Positions 31,201 to 55,034 are shown, counted from the first letter of the stretch. The stretch: 64,000 bases of DNA from Macrostomum lignano (GCA_002269645.1 NIVC01003114.1:1-64000), one strand, 5' to 3'. Made by a program: numbers and translations. The notes: a model not told the origin generated them from the sequence alone.

Positions 31201-31912
31201 AGGGGTTGTAGCCTAACTAAGGGGTTGTAGTCTAATTAAGGGGTTGTAGCCTAATTAAGGGGTTGTAGCCTAATTAAGGGGTTGTAGCCTAATTAAAAAG
31301 TTTTAGCCTAATTAAGGGGTTGTAGCTTTGTGGGTAGAGCGTCAGACTCACGACTTGAAGGTCGGGGGCTTGATTCTCGACCCACTCGGAACAATTTGTG
31401 TCCTTGAGCAAGAACTTAACTCTGCATTGCTTCAGTTCACCCAGCTGTAAAATGGGTGCCAGCATTAGCTGGGGTAATTGAGGCTGTGTGGCCAATACTG
31501 TACGGAGGCACGCACCCATGCACACGCTCACACAGGGTGTACAAGCGGCCCTGTGACTTTCCAATCATCAAGCATGTACAATCTCTGTGCATTGGGGGGT
31601 TGGCCCTGTGAACGGATGTGAATCACACGAAAGCCCCAAATGAATGGTGGCCTCAAATCAGATAGGATTAGATGCAGTAATATGTGCCGAATAGTCTGCA
31701 GATTGTTGTTTGTGTTTTTTTCAATGCTCTGAGCCAATTCCTGCAGAAGCTTAGCAGAACCCTCATCAGTTCAAGGTCCGTAACGCATCTTACTTGTAGT
31801 TGAAAGTAGAAGCACTTAACTGATTAAAAATTCATAAAGTCAGTAATTATCTCCGTCTTTCTCACCTGTCATCCTTGCTTCGCGAGCCAAAGTTCTGTTT
31901 AAAATTGTACAT
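22287..31912 (-). CDS. Long coiled-coil protein (~656 aa), CCDC154/FAM81-like
   Basis: 8 frame-consistent exons: 31912-31866, 29864-29510, 28665-28204, 27424-27119, 26531-26352, 24592-24452, 23514-23395, 22646-22287. LETRLRVAEKSNRALLEEVVRLQ resembles the CCDC154 N-terminal segment (from memory). Confidence 0.75.
22790..23335. repeat. Six degenerate ~100-bp repeats (GGGTAGAAAGTCTG...AAACCCTGCCCC...ATTGGCTG)
   Basis: Units start near 22795, 22898, 23007, 23092, 23188 and 23290. Confidence 0.7.
24000..24335. repeat. CTCAG-based 9/18-bp repeat
   Basis: GCTACTCAG / GTCACTCAGCCGCTCA units. Confidence 0.85.
24645..26325. repeat. 22-bp minisatellite CAATCCTGTCTAACAGGTGACA
   Basis: ~75 copies with few variant positions. 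Confidence 0.95.
26640..27070. repeat. Purine-rich ATGGGAGAGGGGAG repeat
   Basis: Direct reading; G-run rich. Confidence 0.88.
27470..28200. repeat. Adjacent 18-bp (ATATTGTCACTCTGCTAG) and 19-bp (CAATGTCACTCCAGCCTCC) arrays
   Basis: Both in intron 3 of the coiled-coil gene; the 19-mer runs up to the donor site. Confidence 0.88.
28770..29480. repeat. 12-bp CACTGAGACAG(A/G) array
   Basis: Direct reading. Confidence 0.9.
29955..31320. repeat. 15-bp GGGGTTGTAGCCTGA array grading into 19-bp GGGGTTGTAGCCTAATTAA
   Basis: ~50 copies of the 15-mer, then 19-mers ending at a SINE head. Confidence 0.95.
31316..31660 (+). mobile_element. tRNA-head SINE with Meta-like domain, fused to the GTGTACA-hairpin module
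   Basis: TGTAGC...GGTAGAGC A box, degenerate B box, then GTGTCCTTGAGCAAG...CACCCAGCTGTAAAATGGGT. Confidence 0.75.
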
Positions 31913-32137
31913 ATGGAGCTGGTCTCCCGACTCAAAATGACCGTGGAAGGCTCTGCTGCCAGAAGAAGAGCAGGGGTTGCTGTGTTCCCAAAGACCGATC
32001 GTTGTACAGCAGAGCTTTTTAAAGCAGAGGCAAAAGGCAATTTGAGTTCAATTGGCTGCCTGCTCAGGGTGTGCGCGAGTCGGCAGTGCAGAGGCAGCAG
32101 AGACAAAAGACTGAGTCGGGATAGAGATGAAGCTAGT

Positions 32138-32160
32138 GTTTCCATGGCAACTCCACCTTG

Positions 32161-32195
<35 letters not shown>

Positions 32196-32258
32196 AAATG
32201 AGGGGGAAGCTGGCTGGGTTGATGAAGATGACGCACCAACTCTAGTTTCCATGGAAAC
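32138..32258. promoter_or_regulatory. Two RFX X-boxes: GTTTCCATGGCAAC (32138-32151) and palindromic GTTTCCATGGAAAC (32245-32258)
   Basis: Exact X-box consensus ~230-350 bp upstream of the coiled-coil gene ATG, in the divergent interval shared with TRPM. Confidence 0.75.
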
Positions 32259-32659
32259 CACCAGTTGAGCAGAGCTGAACGAGGATGAGGCTCCCAGGAG
32301 GGGATCGGGATAATGGGCCGGAGCGGCAGAGAGGAAATTGTTATGGGATAAGGGAAGCAAAATTTATGGGGGGGAGGATTTTTTTAAGGGAATGGCGAGA
32401 GACGTGGGACAAAGGAATAATGCAACATGGTAGAAAGAGGAGATTTGAGTGCCAGAGTGCGTGCATGAGCGGTTTGGATCGAAAATATGCCTGCTGAGAA
32501 AGGCTGGAAAGATTTAGTGCAATAGTCGGTGGTGCCTCTCTGCCCGACCCTCGGTTCCTTTGAAACTTCACAATAGCAATCCGGCCCGCTCAAGGTCTGT
32601 GTCTCTTCTCTTCTCTCTCATCTCTTCTCTCATCCTATCTCCTCTTGAGGTAAAAACGA

Positions 32660-33185
32660 GGTGCAGAATGAGAGTGAAAATGAGATAGAAAGTGAGAGTG
32701 AGAGTGAGAATGAGGGTGAGATGGGAGTGAGGATGAGAGCGAGAGTGAAATAGAGATTGAGGGTGAGCTAAAGGGTGAGAGTGAGCTAAAGGGTAAGAAG
32801 CTAAAGGGTGAGAGTGAGCTGGAGGATGAGAGTGAGCTGGAGGATGAGAGTGAGGTTGAGGATGAGAGTGAGCTGGAGGGTGAGAGTGAGCTGGAGGGTG
32901 AGAGTGAGAAGGAGGGTGAGAGTGAGAAGGAGGGTGAGAGTGAGCTGGAGGGTGAGAGTAAGCTGGAGGGTGAGAGTGAGAAGGAGGGTGAGAGTGAGAA
33001 GGAGGGTGAGAGTGAGAAGGAGGGTGAGAGTGAGAAGGAGGGTGAGAGTGAGCTGGAGGGTGAGAGTGAGCTGGAGGGTGAGAGTGAGCTGGAGGGTGAG
33101 AGTGAGCTGGAGGATGAGAGTGAGCTGAAGGGTGAGAGTGAGCTGGAGGGTGAGAGTGAGCTGAAGGGTGATAATGAGAAGGAGG
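32660..33185. repeat. 18-bp purine-rich GAGGGTGAGAGTGAGCTG array
   Basis: Direct reading. Confidence 0.85.
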
Positions 33186-33837
33186 GTGGGAACGAATTAG
33201 CGAAGCTGTGAAAACGTGAACTCTAATGTGAACGCAGAAGGACAGACAATCTCAGATCAAACGCAAACTACACACGCGGTATTTCCTGTAAAAGAGAGAA
33301 CTGATGAGATAAATGAGAGCTTCAAATCATTAATATAATTGTAAATATTTTCCACTAATTAGTCTCTGCCAATAGCTTTTTTAACAGTTCCGTCATTGAA
33401 CTTATTCTGCCCAACAGTCTACTAATAGTAGTCGAAAATAAATAAATTTTGCAGAAAATATGCAATTTGTATCATAGTTTGTATTTCTTCTAGCTGCCTG
33501 TGCTGTGCTTCGAAGTGATTGGCACAGCTCAGAACAGCTCTCAGAGCCTTCATTTGGCTGAGGGGCGCGATGCTTTCAAGGGACGGGGATTGCTTAAGAA
33601 TAGAAAGTACACTGACGGCAAGAGAAGAAGAATCAGAGGAGAGGAGATTGGGGGTAGGTTGCTCTGAGCAGCGTAGCCAAGCGAGGCCAGTGTACAGTGT
33701 ACGAGCTGGGTGTGAATAGAAAAGCCTTGAGTACAAATTCACGACAGTTAGCGCTGCTCTCTAACTCCAAAACAGTGTCTAGATCTCCAGCAGATTAAGC
33801 GAGAACTCCATGTCATGAAGGTGGATACTCGTATGCC

Positions 33838-45429
<11,592 letters not shown>

Positions 45430-45567
45430 AGTGCGCAACAGGTCTGCGTTCAAAAACATTCATATCGCAATCAAGCAAATCTCTTGTTAGCGTGCGCAAA
45501 AAGAACTCATTTTTCTTAGAAAATTCTCGTAATTGATCAACATCGACTCATCGGGAGTTTTATTTAA

Positions 45568-45825
45568 GTTTTAGCCAAGGGTTGTGGACTCACGAATTAA
45601 AGGTCGGGGGTTCGATTCCCGATTCCACCGGAACAATTTGTGTCCTTGAGCAAGACACTGAACTCTGTATTGCTTCAGTTCACCCAGCTGTAAAATGGGT
45701 GCCAGCATTAGCTGGGGTAATTGAGAGTGTGTGTGGCGACCCTGTGGAGTCCTTGGACTGAACAATAGCTGCGGTTGCATATCTGGCCCAATTGGGGCAG
45801 GTGTAATCCATTATTATTATTTATA
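45568..45825 (+). mobile_element. Another copy of the same SINE with (ATT)n tail
   Basis: Near-identical Meta-like block and TTGGACTGAACA...GCAGGT tail. Confidence 0.8.
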
Positions 45826-46259
45826 CTAATAGTATCATAAGAAGGCTAAAAAATCAAGTAAAAAAGTTTATCAATAGATTTCTTTCTATGCGAATTTGAA
45901 GACAATCCTATTAGAGGTTTCTGTTTTAAATAAATAGAAATAATCATAAAAGTATCATACTCGTAGTATAGTTTAATAAAAAGTTCAAGCTAAATATTGA
46001 TTTATCGCGTTTATTATTTATTTATTGTTTTTATCAACGACACAAGCAACCAGAATGACAACACCAAGGCAACACCTGGAATAGCGAATGTCCAACAATG
46101 TCAACCAAAAGTTTTCCGAGATGGAGAGAAATATTTGTTTTAAATAGCTCAAACAAGTAAAACAAGAAAACTATTTTCAAAATGCGAAAGACCAACTTTA
46201 CCTGTATACAGTGGTGGTTAGTGTCCAGGGTAAGGACTGTGTTTTTTGACAATGTTGTT

Positions 46260-46860
46260 GGCGATTTCTGGGAAAATTTCCATATGCAATTCTCTGGGGA
46301 GACTTCCGATTTTCTAGGAAACGTTTCTGTAAGGCGATTTTTTGGGAATTGCCAGAGAGGCGATTTTCTGGGGAGATTTTTAGAGAGGCGATTTACTAGG
46401 AAACGTTTCGGTAAGGCGATTTTCTAGGGAGATTTCTAGACAGGCGATTTTCTAGGGAGATTTCCTGACAGGCGATTCTCTGGGGAGATTTCCTGACAGG
46501 CGATTTTCTGGGGAGATTTCCTGACAGGCGATTTTCTAGGGAGATTTCCTGACAGGCGATTCTCTGGGGAGATTTCCTGACAGGCGATTTTCTGGGGAGA
46601 TTTCCTGACAGGCGATTCTCTGGAGAGATTTCCAGACAGGCGATTTTCTGGAGAGATTTCCAGACAGGCGATTTTCTGGGGAGATTTCCAGACAGGCGAT
46701 TTTCTGGGGAGGTTTCCAGAGAGGCGATTTTCTAGGAAATGTTTTTATTTATTTTTTTAAATAGGAAACGTTTCAGTAAGGCGATTTTTGGGGGAGATTT
46801 CCAGAGACGTTTAGGAAAGGCGATTTCTTCTAGAAGGGATTTTAGAAGGGTGATTTTAGG
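46260..46860. repeat. 28-bp GGCGATTTTCTGGGGAGATTTCCTGACA array
   Basis: Between the TRPM and MNAT1 3' ends. Confidence 0.85.
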
Positions 46861-46891
46861 GGCACAAGAGGTCTAACTGTCTCTCCCAAGC

Positions 46892-47526
46892 TCACAGTCG
46901 GTAGTACAGATCGCAGTACGCATCAGCCAGCAGCCGGTGCAGCCCCAGCTGTGCGGTGTACCCGCCAGCCGGGTAGTCGGCAGGCAGACGGTCGGCCAGC
47001 ACTGATACGGCGGCGTCGGCGGCCGCGGAGTCCAAGGACGGTCCGTTCAATGCCAGCCGGTGAGGCTTGACCAGCTCAGCCAGGGTGTCGGGGTCCAGAC
47101 TGCTCGCAGGCGGTCGCGAGTTCTGTCCCGCCATGGAGGCCGTGGAGGCGACGCCAGCGGAGGCTGTGGATGAAGCGGTTGAGACGCTGGCAGCGGAACT
47201 GACAGCCGCCGCCGCTCCCGCCGCAGCTGCATCAGAGGCGGTCGCGCCTGCAGAGAGCGAGCAGCAGATCAGCTGTTTACGTCTTGAATTTGCCTTCTGC
47301 CCGAAATAATTTCATCCAAAAAACAATTGAAAGCTTTTGGTTTGACGGCAACATCTGCCGCGATTGTGCTTTCCCTCCGAGTGGAAGTGCACCGAATGAC
47401 TCGTAGCTAGCGAGCAGGCAAACAGTCATGCCCCTGGGCACGCGCACAGATACTGTAAGCAGGCATGCACTCATACACACGCTCACGCGGGGTGTACCGC
47501 GCCCCTAAAACATAAAAGCACATAAA

Positions 47527-47607
<81 letters not shown>

Positions 47608-47610
47608 CTA

Positions 47611-47675
<65 letters not shown>

Positions 47676-47834
47676 CTAAGACAGACAGACAGACAGACAG
47701 ACAGACACTAAGACAGACAGACAGACAGACAGACAGACACTAAGACAGACAGACAGACACTAAGACAGACAGACAGACACTAAGACAGACAGACAGACAC
47801 TAAGACAGACAGACAGACAGACAGACAGACACTA

Positions 47835-47875
<41 letters not shown>

Positions 47876-47878
47876 CTA

Positions 47879-47951
<73 letters not shown>

Positions 47952-49746
47952 GGTGTCGTCAGGCGCGCTGAGCAGCCCCTTAGCAACAAACTATATGCAT
48001 ACCGGCAGCTGAGATATAGACAATTTCACTGCTAATAAAACAGATTGTACCCTCACCTATCTCGGTAATGCATTTTCAACTCATTTCACGTACCTGCCGC
48101 TGCCGCTGCCGCCGCCGTCTCCACGCCGTTGCTCCTGCCTGAGCCCGACGCCTCCGACTCGATGACATTGTCCAGAGCGGCCAGCTCGGGCCTCCGCCGC
48201 AGCCGGTTACTCTTGATGGCGTCCGCGTGCGCCTTCTTGAACTCTTCGACGCTGCGCTTTGTTGCTTCAACATCGATCTCGTTCGCTAAGTTGAACACGG
48301 CGGATTCAACAAACTCCAAATAGTTGTTGTACTCGGCTAGGCTGGAGAAATTGTCCTCGGATAAGTTCAGATCCTTCATCAAGCGCTTACGAATGTCCAG
48401 TTCCTTTTCCACCTGGGGAAATTACATTTCAGAATCGCACCGTTAGTCCTTCAAATTAAATCACCTGTTTTAGAATCTCACCCCAATATCTCAGCCGTCT
48501 GAATCTCACCCTAAAATCTCAAGCTTCAGAATCTCACCCCAATATCTCAGTCGTCTGAATCTCACCCTAAAATCTCAAGCTTCAGAATCTCACCCCAATA
48601 TCTCAGTCGTCTGAATCTCACCCTAAAATCTCAAGCTTCAGAATCTCACTCTAAAATCTCAAGCTTCAGAATCTCACTCTAATATCTCCGTCTCAGAATC
48701 TCACCCTAAAATCTCAAGCCTCAGAATCTCACCCTAAAATCACAAGTCTCAGAATCTCACTCTAAAATCTCGTCTCAGAATCTCACCCTAAAATTTCCAA
48801 GTCTCCTAATCTTATCCTAATATCACAAGTCACAGAATCTCACTTTAAAATCTTAAGTCTTAAAATCTCACTTTAAGATTTCAAGTCTCAGAATCTCACC
48901 CTAAAATCAGTCTCAGAATCTCACCCTAAAATTTCAAGTCCCAGAATCTCACCCTAATAGTTTCATTCTAATATCACAAGTCAGAATCTCACTTTAAAAT
49001 CTTAAGTCTTAGAATCTCACCCTAAAATCTCAAGTCTTAGAATCTCACCCTAAAATCTCAAGCTTCAGAATCTCACCCTAAAATCTCAAGCCTCAGGATC
49101 TCACCCTAAAATCTCAAGTCTCAAAATCTCACCCTAAAATCTAAAGTCTGAGAATCTCACCATAATATCTCAAGTCTTAGAATCTCACCCTAAAATCTAA
49201 AGTCTCGGAATCTCACCCTAATATCTCAAGTCTCAGAATCTCACCCTAAAATCTAGTCTTAGAATCTCACCCTAAAATCTCAAGTCTTAGAATCTCACCC
49301 TAAAATCTAAAGTCTCGGAATCTCACCCTAATATCTCAAGTCTCAGAATCTCACCCTAAAATCTAGTCTTAGAATCTCACCCTAAAATCTAAAGTCTTAG
49401 AATCTCACCCTAAAATCTAAAGTCTCGGAATCTCACCCTAATATCACAAGTCTCGGAATCTCACCCTAAAATCTCAAGTCTCAGAATCTCACCCTAATAT
49501 CCCAAGTGAATTACCAAAACACATGTAATCAGGATGCCAAGTCACCTGGCTGTCCTCAAACATCTGGAAGCGGAACTGGCCCCTGCGCAGAGGAGTTTTG
49601 CACTGCGGGCAGGCGCCGCTGCCGCGCGAGAACAGAATGTCTACGCAGTTCTCGCATAGCGCGTGGCCGCACGCGTTCACCATCATCTTCAGACTGGGAT
49701 TGGTGTACTTGGTGGCCTTGCATTCTGGGCACTTCTGCTTGTCCAT
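46892..49746 (-). CDS. MNAT1: CDK-activating kinase assembly factor MAT1
   Basis: Exons 49746-49546, 48412-48094, 47247-46892. RING finger CPECK...CGHALCENC...CPQC; FEDSQ|[10 protein letters not shown]; YNNYLEFVE; C-terminal [17 protein letters not shown]. Confidence 0.92.
48470..49500. repeat. 28-bp GAATCTCACCCTAAAATCTCAAGTCTCA array
   Basis: MNAT1 intron 1. Confidence 0.9.
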
Positions 49747-50194
49747 GGGAGCCAATTGTGACGCTGTGGGCAATAACAACCGGCTGTTTCTAGATATGCT
49801 ATTGATGACAAGTTCGGTGCGATCTATTACAGATAAGATTTTTTCTAGTCAGTAGTACACCGGTATATCATGGTAAATTAGATATTATAGCAAAAACTAA
49901 CCAAAAATTATGATCAAAATACTTACTACTAACAAGTAGGCGGTATAAACCACCACTCAAGATGGTACAAAGTATATTTATAAACTTTTTATATCAAACT
50001 ATTCATACATTAACTTGAACAAGTAAACAAATTGGATGCATCAGTCTATGCGGATAGCAGCTACAGAATGCGATTCAAGTTGTACATTTCTGCTTGTTGA
50101 CAATTGCAGATTGAATTGCAAGAGGGCGGCATGCAAAGGTCAGAGGGTCACACTGGTGCAGCTAACACTCTGGCACTGACAGAACGATTGAAAT

Positions 50195-50680
50195 GACAGA
50201 CAGACAGACACAGTCACTCGGACACAGACATACAGTCACTCGGACGCAGACATACAGTCACTTAGACACAGACATACAGACACACGGACACAGACATACA
50301 GACACTTAGACACAGACATACAGACACTCGGACAGACATACAGACACTCGGACACAGACATACAGACACTCGGACACAGACATACAGACACTCGGACACA
50401 GACATACAGACACACGGACACAGACATACAGACACTTAGACACAGACATACAGACACTCGGACACAGACATACAGACACTCGGACACAGACATACAGACA
50501 CTCGGACACAGACATACAGACACTCGGACAGACATACAGACACTCGGACACAGACATACAGACACTCGGACACAGACATACAGACACTCGGACACAGACA
50601 TACAGTCACTCGGACACAGACATACAGACACTCGGACACAGACATACAGACACTCGGACACAGCCAGTCACTCAGACAGC
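50195..50680. repeat. 22-bp CAGACATACAGACACTCGGACA array
   Basis: Between MRPS16 and MNAT1. Confidence 0.9.
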
Positions 50681-50724
50681 CAGAACCCAAAACTCAGCCA
50701 GCAAGCAGCTCATCCCCCGCAATC

Positions 50725-51150
50725 TCAACGGCCCCCAGCAGCGCCGCCGCCGGTCGCCTTGACGCTGGCAGCGGCGCTCAGCCGCCGGCCGAGCCGGAGG
50801 GCCTCCAGCTCGGAGCTCGGATGAATGGGCAGCACGCCAGCCAAGCCAAACAGCCGAGCCACGCCAAGCGAAGGCCGAGCTCCGTGGGCCATCCAGTGCA
50901 TGAGGCGCCCGATGTCCACTCCAACCAGCTGCTCTCCGTGCGTGTTCACCAGCGGATCCCAGCTGCCCAGCTGCTCCAGTCCTGGGTCGTTGGCAGCCTG
51001 CAGGTGATTTCTAGCCTGAATGGTGAAGAACGGTCTGTTAGTGCAGCCCTCGTGCACCATGGAGACGGTGAGCTGCGGCGCCGGCTTCTTCGGGTACATC
51101 AGCGCCACCCGGTAGCCTTTGAGCGCCGGAATTGTTCGCCAGCCGCGCAT
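50725..51150 (-). CDS. MRPS16: Mitochondrial ribosomal protein S16, intronless CDS
   Basis: GCTNRPFFTI, LEQLGSWDP, HWMAHGARPS, GLAGVLPIHP. Confidence 0.9.
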   Translation of the reverse strand: MRGWRTIPALKGYRVALMYPKKPAPQLTVSMVHEGCTNRPFFTIQARNHLQAANDPGLEQLGSWDPLVNTHGEQLVGVDIGRLMHWMAHGARPSLGVARLFGLAGVLPIHPSSELEALRLGRRLSAAASVKATGGGAAGGR

Positions 51151-51684
51151 CGCCCGGGTTTTTGTGTGCTTGTTTTTTAATTAAATAAAAACTCTAATAG
51201 TACTACTGGCGGATCAGCTTGGCAGTAGTGCAGTTCGGCGGAGAAGCATGCATTATGTAGAATTCGAAAAATATTTATTTTAACCGCAAAATACTGGCGT
51301 TTGACCTTCAAGTTAAGCAGAGTCGGTCGCGGTTAGTACGCGGTAGATTATAGATAAATCGACAAAAAAATCAAACCATCATGGCTATAGCAAATAATTG
51401 AAGATTAAATTAAGAAAGAGAATTTATAGCACCATGGTAGTTGAACCGGCAGACTTTTATTTCTCTTCAATTTGTGAGATACGCGTACAATGTAAATATA
51501 AAATGGAAATATTCCTTAACTTTTATTCAACCTTAGCATTGAAGTTGACATACAGTGTAAGAAGCAGAACGGCATGACCTATCTATTGGCATTTGAAAGT
51601 GTTTACAACTCGCATTTGTGACTCTAAAGTCTAAATTCACCCAGAATTTATCATAGCTAAAATATATCGCTAAGAAATGGCACT

Positions 51685-52055
51685 CAGAGGGTAGGAGTGA
51701 CATTGAGAGGGCAAGAGTGACACTGGGGGGTAGGAGTGATATTGGGAGGGTAGGAGTGACACATAGAGGTTAGGAGTGACACTGGGAGGTTAGGAGTGAC
51801 ACTGGGAGGGCAGGAGTGACACTGAGAGGTTAGGAGTGACATTTAGAGGCTAGGAGTGACACTGGGAGGGCGAGTGACACTGAGAGGTTAGGAGTTACAT
51901 TGGGAGGGTAGGAGTGACACTGGGAGGGTAGGAGTGACACTGAGGTTAGAAGTGACATTTAGAGGCTAGGAGTTACATTGTGAGGTTAGGAGTGACATTG
52001 GGAGGCTAGGAGTGACACTGGGAGGCTAGGAGTGACACTGGGAGGAGTGACACTA
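51685..52055. repeat. 20-bp GAGTGACACTGGGAGGNTAG array
   Basis: Reverse complement is nearly the 27.9-kb 19-mer. Confidence 0.88.
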
Positions 52056-52093
52056 CAGATTGAGAATCAGGCTATCTAGCCAACTGTTTTATT

Positions 52094-55034
52094 CTAAGAG
52101 TGCAGATCAAACGGATGCGACACGTAGACATCATCGAAGCGCTGCTGACTGACTGCACTGTCGTAGCGGAAGTACACCAGACGGGCAATCTGGCGTAGCA
52201 AGCGGCCACCGGAAGCGCATTCGGCTTTGTGACGGGCCAAGTCGCTGAGCTGACAGTCGCGGCTGCAGTAGCGGGCGTAGCCGCAACCGGTGCAGCGGTA
52301 CAGGCTCTGCCTCTGCTGTCGGGCAGACTGGCACTCCCAGCACCTGCGAATGTTTGCTCATAGAATATATACGAGGATAGGTGTGATCTATCCGCCCCTG
52401 CAATCTGATCTATCCACCCCTGCAACCTGATCTATCCGCCTCTGCAACCTGATCTATCCGCCTCTGCAACCTGATCTATCCGCCCCTGCAACCTGATCTA
52501 TCCGCCTCTGCAACCTGATCTATCCGCCCCTGCAACCTGATCTATCCGCCCCTGCAACCTGATCTATCCGCCTCTGCAACCTGATCTATCCGCCTCTGCA
52601 ACCTGATCTATCCGCCTCTGCAACCTGATCTATCCGCCCCTGCAACCTGATCTATCCGCCTCTGCAACCTGATCTATCCGCCTCTGCAACCTGATCTATC
52701 CGCCTCTGCAACCTGATCTATCCGCCCCTGCAACCTGATCTATCCGGCCCTGCAACCTGATCTATCCGCCTCTGCAACCTGATCTATCCGCCTCTGCAAC
52801 CTGATCTATCCGCCTCTGCAACCTGATCTATCCGCCTCTGCAACCTGATCTATCCGCCCCTGCAACCTGATCTATCCGCCTCTGCAACCTGATCTATCCG
52901 CCTCTGCAACCTGATCTATCCGCCTCTGCAACCTGATCTATCCGCCTCTGCAACCTGATCTATCCGCCTCTGCAACCTGATCTATCCGGCCCTGCAATCT
53001 GATCTATCCGGCCCTGCAATCTGATCTATCCGCCCCTGCAATCTGATCTATCCGCCCCTGCAATCTGATCTATCCGGCCCTGCAATCTGATCTATCCGCC
53101 TCTGCAACCTGATCTATCCGCCTCTGCAACCTGATCTATCCGGCCCTGCAATCTGATCTATCCACCCCTGCAACCTGATCTATCCGCCCCTGCAACCTGA
53201 TCTATCCGGCCCTGCAACCTGATCTATCCGCCCCTGCAACCTGATCTATCCGCCACTGCAACCTGATCTATCCGGCCCTGCAATCTGATCTATCCGCCCC
53301 TGCAACCTGATCTGTCCGGCCCTGCAATCTGATCTATCCGCCCCTGCAACCTGATCTATCCACCACTGCAATTCTATCTATCTGGCCCTGCAATCTGATC
53401 TATCCGGCCCTGCAATCTGATCTATCCGGCCCTGCAACCTGATCTATCCGCCCCTGCAACCTGATCTATCCGCCACTGCAACCTGATCTATCCGGCCCTG
53501 CAATCTGATCTATCCGCCCCTGCAACCTGATCTGTCCGGCCCTGCAATCTGATCTATCCGCCCCTGCAACCTGATCTATCCACCACTGCAATTCTATCTA
53601 TCTGGCCCTGCAATCTGATCTATCCGGCCCTGCAATCTGATCTATCCGGCCCTGCAATCTGATCTATCCGCCCCTTCAACCTGATCTATCCCCCCTTGCA
53701 ACCTGATCTATCTGCCCCTTCAACCTGATCTATTCCCTATTGCAACCTGATCTATCCGCCCCTTCAACCTGATCTATCTGCCCCTTCAATCTGATCTATT
53801 CCCCATTGCAACCTGATCTATCCGCCCCTTCAACCTGATTTTCAACCTGACCTATCCGCCCCTGCAACAGAGATCAGCTCACTTGTGCACAGAGCAGCCA
53901 TGGACGAGAGCCGCAGTGCGCCGCACAGCCGACAGCGGCAAGTGCAGCACCCGCACAGTCTCCAGCTGTTCCATTCTCAGACCGATCTGACCGTCCAGGA
54001 ACTGATGCTGGACAGGGCAGAACATCACCATTGTGCTGCCCTTGCGCAGACTGCGATAGTCGAACTGACCGCTGTCACTGTCGGGATAGAAGAATATCCG
54101 GAACTCCCGGCCTCTTCTGTCTCTGGCTGTGACCGCGTTGCGCAGAAAACTGATGCCAGCGTGCGAGGCGTCTGAGATTTCCGCCAGTAGGACCCAGAAT
54201 TTGCGGTAGAAGTTGCTGCGGGAGGGGAATCAACCCAAGCAATGAGCGCGAGGATGGCAACCCCCAAATACTCGTACACTTCTGCATCATCCGCCCCTAG
54301 CTACCTGGCTTTATCAACCTGTAGCTACCGACCTACATCATCCGCACCTAGCTACCTATCTCCCTTCATCATCCGCTCCTAGCTACCTACCTTCCTTCAT
54401 CATCCACCCCTAGTTACCTCCCTTCATCATCCACCCCTAGTTACCTCCCTTCATCATCCACCCTTAGCGATCTCCCTACATCATTCACCCTAGCTACCTC
54501 CCTATATCATCCAACCCTAGCGATCTCCCTACATCATTCACCCCTAGCTACCTCCCTACATCATCCACCCTTCCTACCTCCCTACATCATCCGACCCTAA
54601 CTACCTCCCTACATCATCCAACCCTAGCTACCTCCCTACATCATGCGACCCTAACTACCTCCCTACATCATCCACCCGTAGCTACCGCCCTACATCATTC
54701 TCCCCAAATTTGCAATGTTAGCAGCCAAAAAATCAACCAACCCCTCATAAAAATCCTCATCATAATCGTTATCCATCGGCAGCCTGTCAAATGTCGGAAA
54801 GTACAGATCATCAATCAGGGGATTGCTGGACGGCCGTTTAAACCAATCGGTGGGTCTCTTCACTTTGTGGCGAAATTTGGCCACGTTGGCCGCCTCGTTG
54901 GGGTGATGATTTTTCGGATACGAATCGGCCGCTCGCATCTGCTGCAAGATGTCCGGGTGCTGGCGCAGCTGATCCATCGAATTTGAGAGCGGCGAGCTCG
55001 AACTGAAAAATCCAAAATCTCTGGAGATTAGCAT
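52094..55034 (-). CDS. MYND zinc-finger protein with an N-terminal uncharacterised domain (start at 55034 or 54977)
   Basis: Exons 55034/54977-54742, 54215-53883, 52343-52094, frame-consistent. FPTFDRLP, FWVLLAEI, RDRRG, HQFLDGQIGLRME, then CWEC...RCTGC...YCSRDCQ...RHKAEC. Confidence 0.8.
52385..53865. repeat. 22-bp GATCTATCCGCCTCTGCAACCT array
   Basis: ~65 copies in MYND-gene intron 2. Confidence 0.93.
54280..54700. repeat. ~26-bp CATCATCCACCCTAGCTACCTCCCTA array
   Basis: MYND-gene intron 1. Confidence 0.82.

Noticed and set aside
48470-49500. Interstitial telomere (CCCTAA in each unit; TTAAGGGG at 30.7-31.3 kb)
   Set aside because: Single hexamers inside longer units, no tandem TTAGGG
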